A DNA stretch of 63,059 bases, the filler included. It is 6 parts of 6 records of this genome, joined end to end, with 100 filler letters (N's around TTAATTAATTAA, not from the genome) between each part and the next. Parts side by side here need not be neighbours in the genome. Positions count along the whole stretch, not along the records: positions 33,879 to 46,127 come from SRR31156797_47596; positions 46,228 to 57,920 come from SRR31156797_47617; 4 more parts are not named here. One strand, 5' to 3'. Both the position numbers and the translations under genes were made by a program. Of this stretch, positions 39,670 through 49,300 are shown one piece after another. The stretch's first letter is position 1, and each line of letters opens with the position of its first letter. Under the pieces are notes generated by a model that did not search any database, had not been told where the DNA came from, and saw only the letters and a program-made list of their open reading frames with translations.

Positions 39670-42095
39670 GCTTTTATCTGCCTGACCAAATGCATTAACT
39701 GTTTTTCATTTCCAAAATTAATAGCCTTTTTCAAATTATCAATCCATGCGTTGTTAACGTCTGTTTCGTTTTCAATTTTTCTCGCCAGTTTTCGCAGGGC
39801 CGTAACCTCATATATTTCCAGCCTTTCGAGTTCAGCCAAATAATCTTGAAGGTGGGATTTTTCTTCGGGGCTTAATACAGCTAAATTTTTCGGTACTTCC
39901 GGTTTAGCTATCCTTTCAGAATTTACAAAAGCACCTGGCAGTGTAAAAAATATGCGTGCTCCATCATGATAATCCGGATCAACACCTATGCTGCCACCAT
40001 GAGCCTCAACAGCCATTTTGCAAAATGTAAGCCCCAGGCCCGTTGACCTGTTGTGATCAGTACCTTCATTATTAATTCCCGGGAATTTTTCAAATACTTT
40101 CTTTTGGTATTCCAACGGTATGCCTGGGCCATTATCTGAAATCTCGATGCGAATATGCTTTTCTATCTCTTTATCACGATGGCAAGTTAGGGTGATAAGC
40201 CCGTTTAAAGGTGCAAACCTTACGGCGTTGGAAAGCACATTTACTAATACCCTCCCAATCAGCTCTTCATCGGCCTTCACCAAAACACCGGGTTTCAAAA
40301 GGTTTTTCAGTTTGATGTTTTTTTCCTCAACCTGGTTTTTAATCTCATTAACAGCTTCACTGCTGATTTTGATCAGGTCGATTTTTGTTGGCTTAACCGG
40401 AATTTGAGCCGATTCGTACTTATACACATCCAGAATGTTCAACACCATATGGAGCATCTTTTTTCCGGTTTGCTGCAGTTTTTCCTTTTGGCTCGCCGGA
40501 ATATCGCGGGAGTTGTTGATGATGTTGTTGAGTGGATTTTTAAGATCGTGAACGATCATGCGGGAGATTTCTTCCTTAATTTTAATGCTTTGCGATAGTT
40601 TTTCAGCCTCTTCCTTCATGAGCTTCGACTGAATGGCGGATTTCTCCAGTTCAAGTTTCTTAAGTGCATTTTCCTTCTCGATACGATCGTTGCGCAAAGC
40701 GAGGTTTTTCACATTTGAACGGTAAAACAGGATGATGATTACGAACAGTAAAACGGCCAGGATAATCAGTCCTGTAAGTAAATAATTCAGGCGCGTTTTC
40801 GACTGGTTGATCCTGCTCATGTAAGCCAACCTGTTATCTTTTTCTTTTACCTGGTACCGTGCCTCAAGGTCGGAAACAATTTTTTGCTGAGACTGAAAAT
40901 TCAGACTATCAAGATTGGCCTCATATCTCTGTAACGTATTGATCGCATTATCCTGTGCATGTAAACCGATTTGGGCGCGGGCAAGATTTAGAAGGATATC
41001 CGTATAGTCATTGGTTATATTATTACTTTCCGAAAAATTAATGGCTTCCTGTAAATAATTGATGGCATTTTCATATTTTTCTAAATCAAGGTATGTTTCA
41101 CCAATAGCCGATTTGCTGTTAAATATACCAATGCCCAGGTTTATTTCTTCAGCCTGTTGTAGGATATCAAAATAAATATCAAGTGCCTGTTTATGTGAGC
41201 CCTCAATTCGGAGAATGTTAGCGTAATTAAATTTTGCGGCCATCATCATCGGTTTATTGCCGGTAATCTCGTTAATTTTAACAGCACTGTCATAATACAT
41301 TTTAGCCTGATCGTACCTGCCAAGTTCCTTAAAAACAACCCCCAGGTTATTGTAATTGTGAGCCAGCGATTTGTAGTTTTCCGCTTTTGTATTTATGGCA
41401 ATGGATTTCCGGAAATAGTGGACAGCCTCTTTATAATTATTTAATCTGATATGAATAGAACCAATATTTCCAAAAGTTCTTGCAGCACTTTTTTCGTCGT
41501 CACCGTCAGTAAAATTTTGGGCAGCAATCTGGTAGAAATAAATGGCGGAATCATACCGGGCGGTTTGTGAATACAGATTGCCAAGGCTTTGATAATAATA
41601 TGCGATATCGCTTGCTTTGCCAATTGACCCGCTGATTTCTATGGCCTTAAGCAGATGAACCCTTGCTTTTTCGTTGTTATGCTTTTGAAGATGTGCCAAA
41701 CCCAAAATATTGTGCGCGCGGGCCAGATTGATATCATCATCAGCCTGTTTTGCCCTTTCACTCAATTTCTGCGCATAAAAAATGGCAGAGTCAGGATTTC
41801 CCGAAATGTTAAAGTTTGCTGCTGCAACATTCAGGGCCTGTAAAATAATATCCGGATTTTTAATCTTGCTGGAAATTCCCACAACCCGCAGGGCTAAATT
41901 TAACACACTATCCGGATATTGGGAGCCCAGCTCATTTTCGACAGCCAGTTGGAATTGTTCGATCGTTTCATCATCCTTTCCGGATAAAGCAGCCGGTTTT
42001 TGTGTGCAGGAGCTTATTGAGCATATTAGCAACCAGGCCATTGCGAAATGTGAAAAACTTCCGTAAAAAACCCTGCCCATTATTTTTTTCATCAT
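39666..42095 (-). CDS. TPR-repeat sensor histidine kinase
   Basis: Multiple TPRs, one TM segment, H-box VHDLKNPL, NAVRF, DNGPG, GLGLTFC. Confidence 0.92.
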   Translation of the reverse strand: MMKKIMGRVFYGSFSHFAMAWLLICSISSCTQKPAALSGKDDETIEQFQLAVENELGSQYPDSVLNLALRVVGISSKIKNPDIILQALNVAAANFNISGNPDSAIFYAQKLSERAKQADDDINLARAHNILGLAHLQKHNNEKARVHLLKAIEISGSIGKASDIAYYYQSLGNLYSQTARYDSAIYFYQIAAQNFTDGDDEKSAARTFGNIGSIHIRLNNYKEAVHYFRKSIAINTKAENYKSLAHNYNNLGVVFKELGRYDQAKMYYDSAVKINEITGNKPMMMAAKFNYANILRIEGSHKQALDIYFDILQQAEEINLGIGIFNSKSAIGETYLDLEKYENAINYLQEAINFSESNNITNDYTDILLNLARAQIGLHAQDNAINTLQRYEANLDSLNFQSQQKIVSDLEARYQVKEKDNRLAYMSRINQSKTRLNYLLTGLIILAVLLFVIIILFYRSNVKNLALRNDRIEKENALKKLELEKSAIQSKLMKEEAEKLSQSIKIKEEISRMIVHDLKNPLNNIINNSRDIPASQKEKLQQTGKKMLHMVLNILDVYKYESAQIPVKPTKIDLIKISSEAVNEIKNQVEEKNIKLKNLLKPGVLVKADEELIGRVLVNVLSNAVRFAPLNGLITLTCHRDKEIEKHIRIEISDNGPGIPLEYQKKVFEKFPGINNEGTDHNRSTGLGLTFCKMAVEAHGGSIGVDPDYHDGARIFFTLPGAFVNSERIAKPEVPKNLAVLSPEEKSHLQDYLAELERLEIYEVTALRKLARKIENETDVNNAWIDNLKKAINFGNEKQLMHLVRQIKA

Positions 42096-42236
42096 TCATT
42101 CATTATAAGATGATGAAGCCAAATTACAATAAAAAATATGGCAGGTAGGTAATATTCCTTAGTAAGACGTTATTTAAGAAACCTCAACCGGCTGAAAAAA
42201 GAACTTATTGCCGGCGTTTTGTTGCATAGCCGTGCG

Positions 42237-42482
42237 TTACTCCGCCAGTTTCCTTTTCCGGAAGTCATACACCTTTTTTCCTCCATAAGCCGCTCCCAGT
42301 GCGATGAGCACCAGCAGCCCGCTGCCGATGGGTGCGCCGCCGCCGGGAACGTTACCACCTGTTCCATGATCGGGAGGTGGTGGCGGGGGTTCCTGGGCAT
42401 ACAGGTTAATCGTTATTAAGTTAATTGTTAATAGGATGAGCAATGTTGCAATTGTTCTTACGATGGTTTTCATGATATTCAT
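42237..42482 (-). CDS. Small secreted Pro/Gly-rich protein with PID-CTERM-like sorting tail
   Basis: Signal peptide + PPPPPPDHG..GGGAPIGSGLLVLIALGAAYGGKK. Confidence 0.75.
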   Translation of the reverse strand: MNIMKTIVRTIATLLILLTINLITINLYAQEPPPPPPDHGTGGNVPGGGAPIGSGLLVLIALGAAYGGKKVYDFRKRKLAE

Positions 42483-42487
42483 TTTTG

Positions 42488-42520
42488 AAACCTGACAGGT
42501 TTTGGAAACCTGTCAGGTTT
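42488..42520. repeat. Bacteroidota intergenic palindromic repeat
   Basis: AAACCTGACAGGTTT-TGG-AAACCTGTCAGGTTT. Confidence 0.75.
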
Positions 42521-42527
42521 GGGTGAA

Positions 42528-45500
42528 CTATTTGATAAATACTTTTTCAATTTTTAGTTTATTTCCATTTTCCACTGCGACAATGTAAATTCCTGTTTCC
42601 AGGTTTACCGGAATGGCAATCAACCCTGATCCGGATATTTCCCGGCGCAGAACTATCCGGCCGGTGATGTCGGTGACGATGAGGGAACTACCATGCAGGT
42701 CAACATGTTGCCCTGCAATATAAATAACACTATTGGCTGCGTAAATCACTATGTTATTTTCCGGCATTTGATTTTCTTCAATGGCAGTAGCATCCTTAAA
42801 GTGCAGATAAAACCTGCCGGTGCCGCTTTCGCTGATTGAAGTTGAGTAATGCTCCCACCGCAGGTTGGTGAAAGTGCTGTTCAGGCGGTCTTCCAAAACG
42901 ATGTTGTAGTTACCCAGAAGTTCCTGGTAAATTGAAAACTCAAAAGTTGCCGGCTCTGACACATCCACCCCAATGGGAACAATATAATCCTCGATGTTTT
43001 GATCGGAGAGTGCCTGTACAGCATAATCATTCCCATTATCCTCAACGAGCGCCGAATAAATTGACAGATTGGGATTGCCTTTCATTTTTACCACATCATA
43101 AGAAGGATTCAGGCCTGAAGTCATATTTTCGTTAAAGGCGATAATGGTGGAATTGATTTGCCCGTTTCCTTCGATCTGCAATTCCACGCCGGGCCATGAA
43201 GTTTTGGATTTATAAAAGTCCGCTGTGCCGTGAACCCTGATGTCGGGATTATACACGATGCTGCCCGTCTGCTTCACTTTCAGCATAAAGGCCTGGCCGG
43301 GTTGCACAAAGTCTTCGGGAAGCTGCGCGCTACTACCCTCTCCCGTGAAGCCGGTGTTACAGATCACTTTGTAATCGTTGTCACCATAGCTGTAATTGCT
43401 GCTTTCCTGCCAGATGTAGATGGCCTGGTAGCTGTCATCAAGAATACCGGCGTTGTCGGCCAGGAAGTTGTTATCGGCCTGCGCTTCTTCGGTGATAGCA
43501 ATGGTGGAAGAAAACGGATTTCCTGAAAGGTTCATCCCCCGTGCCCCATTGGTAGTGTAGGTTGCTTCAAAATTTACTGCCGAGGTGTTCAGCGGGCCAT
43601 AAAACATCAGATCGCCATCGCCTGACCTGGTGGCAGTATAGCCTTTGCCGGCTCCAAAAACAACATCTGTAAAATGTTCCGGGTTTCCGGTGGAGGTGTA
43701 AATAATCCAGTAGGCCTGGTCTTCGTCGTAACGGAAAAACTGGTAGTCCGGTGTATTCACGATGCTGTTGTTGTCCATCCAGGTATCATTGATGGCCTGC
43801 CCCGATACAGGTGCTGAAATATAGTGCCAGTGGTCTCCGGTAACATAGCGTTCGAAGCTGATATCGCCGGACGAAGTCCCGTGAACAATGAGCGAACCCG
43901 TTCCCGATGCGGAGGAGTTAACTGTAAATGTTCCCGCATTAACCAGGTCACCGTTTATGGTGAGGGCTTTACCTTCGGCAATAGTAAGTGCAGCATTTGT
44001 TTCGATGGTTAAATTGTTGCAGGTACCTGTAGCCGATAGCGTGGGATAGTAGCTCAGGCCTGATGGGATAAGGACGTTATCACTTTCAACCGGAACTGTG
44101 CCTTCTGACCAATTGGTTGCTGTATGCCAATCACCATTGTTTGCAGAACCATTCCAGGTGTTGTAAGCTAAGGTTGATATATTCTGGGAGGATGTGTAGT
44201 CGCCTGTTCCCGCTTCATTGGTTCCCCTGATTCTAACGTAATAGGTGGTTCCGTTGCTTAAGCCTGTAACATCAACAGCGCTGTATTCTACGCCTATTGC
44301 GGAGGCAACAACATTACTAAACCCCGCATCATCACTTATTTCATAATCCCAGCCGGTTACCCTGTAGTTGTTGTATCCGGTAATCGTTATTTTGAATCCA
44401 TCGTATGTGGCATCGGACAATGAGAATGGTACATCTGCCGGAATAGAATAATTCCACTTTACGTCAAATTCGATTTTGAAGTAATCATCATTACCAAATG
44501 TTCCGCAGTCCACGTAATCCACATCGCCTTGCTCCTCATTTATGAAATCTGACCAGGTATCACGGGTTACGGTGCCATCCAAGTCGGAATGATAATCATA
44601 AATATCCTCGCTGAATTTATCATCTCCAAAGATACCGGTATTATACGTGCAAACATCCCCTGACTCATCTTCCCAGCCTTCGATACCGATGTAAATATTA
44701 TCAGCATCGTTTAGTAGGGTACCCGACCATCTTAAGTATAAATCCTGGAAGTACCATGCTCCGTCACCATAGGCCTGAGAGCCAGGAGAATCATCCACAC
44801 ATTCCCATGATTGAGGCCACGAATTAACATTATAAGACCCTCCTAACTGGGCCCTGAAGTGCCATACAGGGTCTGCATTTCCCTGACCCACTCCATCCTC
44901 TCTTGTCTCTGCATAAAAATCATCAGTGCGGATATTGTATTTAATATTAACACTATTGCTTGAACTGGTTGGGGAAAAATTGATTTCATCGCCATAAGCC
45001 GTTCCAACAGCATTTGTGGCATAAGCTTTTACATAATAAGTGCAGGGTAACAAGTTCGTCAAATTGTAGGTGTAGGCTCCGGTATTGCTAACCGTGCCTT
45101 GCTCAGAATAATTATCGTTGAGTGTCGGGCCGGGGGAAGTACTCCACACAAAACCATGTTGGGTGACAGATTCGGTACCGAGGTTTAAAATATTTCCATT
45201 AAGTACAGCCTCAGTTGCTGCTACAGAACTTGCCGCATTGGTTTCTATGGCCGGTGGTTTTTGTGTTAACCTGAAAACCGGGTAGCCATCGTTATAATAG
45301 GCATATATTTCCCAGATGTCGTCGGTTCCGTTTATGGTCTCGCCCACAAAATCCCATCCTGCACCTGTAAAGGTGCTTTCGGTTTTCATTTCGACGGTGG
45401 TTTTTGCTGTAGCCCCTGTACCGGTCGTTTGTCCGGATGCTTCTTTATCAAAGAAGTTGTTGTTATAATTGCCGTTACTATTAAGGCCAACAAATCCCTG

Positions 45501-46127
45501 GGCTCCTGAGCTCCAGGTTACACCAGCACTTTCATATACTATCCCTGTGGAATAACAATTTGTTATTGTGGCAGCATTATATCCTGCAAATCCACCGAAA
45601 CTTGTGCTGGTACCGCTGCTTCTTGTAACATCAACCATGCAATAGGAATTGCTGATGGTTGATGCGTTTTCGCTACTTCCGGCAAAACCTCCGGCGTTAT
45701 CAATACCAGCAACTATTCCGGTTACAAAGCTATTTTCCACACTGGAGTTAGTTAAGTATCCAAACAGGCCACCAACATTATTATCTCCGGTAATTTGCAC
45801 ATTGGTTACTTCCATGCTACTTATTGTTGCTCCATTTACAGCTCCAAATAAACCGACGTTATTTGTGGCAGGCCTGTTAATAAATAAATAATCAACATTA
45901 TAATTTTGCCCGTCATAATCACCAGTAAATTTTGTAGTGCTGTTTCCTAAGGGAGAGAGCCCTTTCTGGTCTTCTGTATCCCACGATGCTGTACCATCAC
46001 CATCCCAGTCCACTGCGGTTTCATTACTATCGAAGGATAAGTCTGCAGTTTGGATAAAGTGTTTTTCCCATACGGCACTCAGGTTTGATAATACAATCAG
46101 GTCATCGGTTGTGGCAATCTGGTATGG
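42528..46127 (-). CDS. Second GLUG/FN3 protein with T9SS C-terminal domain (5' truncated), paralog of 33879-38502
   Basis: Frame stays open to the contig edge (PYQIATTDDL...); VGGLFG; WHYISAPV; GNPFSS; CTD ending GIYIV...EKVFIK. Confidence 0.88.
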   Translation of the reverse strand, partial: PYQIATTDDLIVLSNLSAVWEKHFIQTADLSFDSNETAVDWDGDGTASWDTEDQKGLSPLGNSTTKFTGDYDGQNYNVDYLFINRPATNNVGLFGAVNGATISSMEVTNVQITGDNNVGGLFGYLTNSSVENSFVTGIVAGIDNAGGFAGSSENASTISNSYCMVDVTRSSGTSTSFGGFAGYNAATITNCYSTGIVYESAGVTWSSGAQGFVGLNSNGNYNNNFFDKEASGQTTGTGATAKTTVEMKTESTFTGAGWDFVGETINGTDDIWEIYAYYNDGYPVFRLTQKPPAIETNAASSVAATEAVLNGNILNLGTESVTQHGFVWSTSPGPTLNDNYSEQGTVSNTGAYTYNLTNLLPCTYYVKAYATNAVGTAYGDEINFSPTSSSNSVNIKYNIRTDDFYAETREDGVGQGNADPVWHFRAQLGGSYNVNSWPQSWECVDDSPGSQAYGDGAWYFQDLYLRWSGTLLNDADNIYIGIEGWEDESGDVCTYNTGIFGDDKFSEDIYDYHSDLDGTVTRDTWSDFINEEQGDVDYVDCGTFGNDDYFKIEFDVKWNYSIPADVPFSLSDATYDGFKITITGYNNYRVTGWDYEISDDAGFSNVVASAIGVEYSAVDVTGLSNGTTYYVRIRGTNEAGTGDYTSSQNISTLAYNTWNGSANNGDWHTATNWSEGTVPVESDNVLIPSGLSYYPTLSATGTCNNLTIETNAALTIAEGKALTINGDLVNAGTFTVNSSASGTGSLIVHGTSSGDISFERYVTGDHWHYISAPVSGQAINDTWMDNNSIVNTPDYQFFRYDEDQAYWIIYTSTGNPEHFTDVVFGAGKGYTATRSGDGDLMFYGPLNTSAVNFEATYTTNGARGMNLSGNPFSSTIAITEEAQADNNFLADNAGILDDSYQAIYIWQESSNYSYGDNDYKVICNTGFTGEGSSAQLPEDFVQPGQAFMLKVKQTGSIVYNPDIRVHGTADFYKSKTSWPGVELQIEGNGQINSTIIAFNENMTSGLNPSYDVVKMKGNPNLSIYSALVEDNGNDYAVQALSDQNIEDYIVPIGVDVSEPATFEFSIYQELLGNYNIVLEDRLNSTFTNLRWEHYSTSISESGTGRFYLHFKDATAIEENQMPENNIVIYAANSVIYIAGQHVDLHGSSLIVTDITGRIVLRREISGSGLIAIPVNLETGIYIVAVENGNKLKIEKVFIK

Positions 46128-46227
46128 NNNNNNNNNNNNNNNNNNNNNNNNNNNNNNNNNNNNNNNNNNNNTTAATTAATTAANNNNNNNNNNNNNNNNN
46201 NNNNNNNNNNNNNNNNNNNNNNNNNNN
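46128..46227. other. Artificial contig spacer
   Basis: N-run with TTAATTAATTAA. Confidence 0.99.
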
Positions 46228-46317
46228 ACCAACAAGCGTCCCGGACACAGTCGCCGGTTGCGCTGCTGCGGATTGATTCCGCCTGCAATTTTCTTCCCCC
46301 ATTCCGGAGGACTTCAC

Positions 46318-49300
46318 ATGAATTCCACCCTTAACAGGTTCATCGTGCTCCTCATCGTTCTATTGTTCCCAATGTCCGTTTTTTCGTATGAGCTTGACCA
46401 GACCATCTATTGCGATGATTTGAAGCTCCAGACAAAGAACCTCCTTCATTTCATCGAAGATCAGACAGACTACCTGGACAGTAACATGGCCCATGTGTCC
46501 GGCCATCATCCTTTTTTTCTTCCCAAACCCTCCGCCAAAGATAAAGCAGAGTACCTGAGAGTACTGGCCAGCAAAGCTGTCTACAGTTTTATCAGGCTAC
46601 GGCTGGACCCGGCTACCTGAGCCTTTCCGGAAAGATCGCCAATGAGTAACTGGCTGCGGTCACCAGGCCTGAACAGGTATTGACCCGGTTGTTAACCTAC
46701 CCGACAAAATCCATCGGTTTTTCTGAGATCAATAACATGCAGCGGGCCGGGGACCTTCCGGCCACCTATTGGACCGACGTCCAGACAACGATTACAGATG
46801 CTGATGGCCTGGGGAATTACTATTATGCCATGGCTGCGTATCGGCTTCTTCATCAGCTTCCCATCTACGACAGCTTCAACACCCTGTTGTTAATTGCCAC
46901 GTTAAATTGACTCTTTGGAGGCTGAAATTCTCAAAATAAGTTGACCAAGTTAAAAAAATATCATTTTATTTCCCCCCTCATCAGCGGGACCTTTACCCCG
47001 AAAAATATGGGGCCAAAAACAAAAAAGATGGTAAACAAATTTGGAACGACATTCATTCTTGCTGCTAAGGCCAATGTTATGTAAACTCATTTCAACGCAA
47101 AGGTGCTAAATAATGTGATAATACGAGGATTTTGACCTTTTCCCCCTCTACCCCCTGGAGGGGGGGAGTGTGTCATTTCTTAAAAGTACAAAAATGTCGT
47201 CAAAATTCCGTATTTTTGTTTCATATAATTTGAGGAAATTGAACGTTGTTCAAAATAATCAGAGAATCCGCGTTAAAAGAACGTGAGAACCAACACCTGT
47301 CCATGAATATCGAAGACGGAATTGACAAAGATGCAACGCTTACCCATGGGGGACGACAGGTGGCATATAGCACCTTTACAGTGAATTAGAAGGATTGCTG
47401 CACTATGAATTCCTGCGCACACCTAAAGTCCCCATGGAGGGAATTACCCAAAAGCAGCTGATATCAGTCAACGACACCCTGATAGACCGATCCGGAGAAA
47501 TGATGTCCGACATCGTCAATGGAGCGCCAGGGGGCACCCAAAGCTTTGGATACGACTGGCTGCACGCTACGGGAAACTTAATCGCAAGCATTCAAAACAC
47601 CTTTGTTGGGAGCGTGATCATGGGCTGTTCCCAATTCCTTGATTTCAATTCCGATTATAATTTTGTTCTGGATGTCAGAGACTATTTAGATGATGCTGAC
47701 GATCTTTTGGGAGAATTACCGGACACGGCCACCTCAAAAGCGATCATTGAAAAATGTAAGACATATTCCCTGTGCAGCTGCCTTGGATCCTCGGAATCAG
47801 GACCCTGGGAGGTCTATGGATGGAAAGATGACGACAACGAGCCTGCCGTGCAATTTTATGTGCCGCCCGAGGCCATGCAACGGCTACAGGATATCCGCTA
47901 CCGCATGAATTCACTGTGGAACAAAGCCAATGCCGGAGACAACCCGCCCACCCTTCAATTCGTTAAAGCCACGGACACCGTGGCCGAATCAGATGGCCGC
48001 TGCCTGGCGCGCGTAAAGCTCACCATGGCCAATGGTGGTCCCCTGGCCCGGCCGGTTTCCGTTGAGATCATTCCCTCGGGAGAAAGCGCAACGGCGGGGG
48101 AGGATTTTTCCGCCGAACCGGAGAGTGTCACCTTTCCCGCAGGCAGCAGGAATGGAGCGATAAAAACAGCGGTCATCCCCATCCATGGAGATAAAGAGAC
48201 AGAACCGGATGAATCCTTCAGTTTGATCCTTCACAATGCCCTGGGCGGAGCCCTGATCGCACAGCCCAACACTTCCTGGATCACAATCAGCGACGCCCCT
48301 GCGGGCACCCTCTGGAAAGAACGGCAAACCAACCGGCACCTGTATGATGTGGCATACGGTGACGGTCTGTTTGTAGCCGTGGGAAGCAGCGGTCAGATCG
48401 TTACCAGCACTGATGGCGTGGACTGGTCCCAGATCCAGGCCCCATCGGCAAGAGCCCCCCTCAGGGGGGCAATCTATGCAGGAAGGTAATTCCTGGTTTG
48501 CAAAGGGGATACAATAGAGAACTCATCCGACGGCATCATCTGGAAGGAAACAAAAGGCATAGCCAGCCCCATCCCCAATATAGTTAATGACTGCCACAAT
48601 GCATTTAAAGACATAGCATTCAATGGTCAACGCTATGTGGCTGTGTCGGTGGTTCACTGCTCCCCGGGTTCCGGCCCTCCCAGGTCCGGCCGAATTTACA
48701 CATCCCAGGATGGCATGCACTGGACCTTGAGAACCGGGCAGATGGTTCAATTGTATGGCGTGGCCTGGGGAAACGGCCGATTTGCGGTCGTGGGCTCCGA
48801 AGGACAGGTCTTTACCAGCACCGACGGGATCAATTGGACCCAGGGCACATTCGCTACCAGCTCGGATCTCCATGGGATCACCCATGGAGAAAACGGCTTT
48901 GTAGCCGTGGGTGCATCCGGTACCATCCAGACCTCAAGGAACGGTGTGATGTGGACTTTAAGAACCGGCAACACCAATGAAACCCTCAATGCCGTTGCCT
49001 ATGGAGCGGGTTCCTACATAGCGGTCGGAAACAACGGGATGACCGTTGTCTCGCAGAATGGGGTTTCATGGTCACCCGAAAAAATGGGATCGGAAGACTT
49101 AAATGGTGTTGTTGTGGAAAACGGTGTCGCCTATGCCGTGGGAAACAACGGATCCGTTTACCTCTCTACCGGAGCATTGCAAACAGTGGGTTCCCGTGAT
49201 TTTTATGACGTTATTACGGCTGACGGCCTTATTCTGGCTGTCGGAGCAGACGGCTTGCGCATGACCCTGGGAACAGTGAAGCCTCCCCCCCCCCCGACGG

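Noticed and set aside
46618-48489. Stop-codon recoding in the fragmented surface gene
   Set aside because: Lesions are mixed (TAA, frameshifts, insertion) with no SECIS-like pattern; pseudogenisation or sequencing error is simpler.
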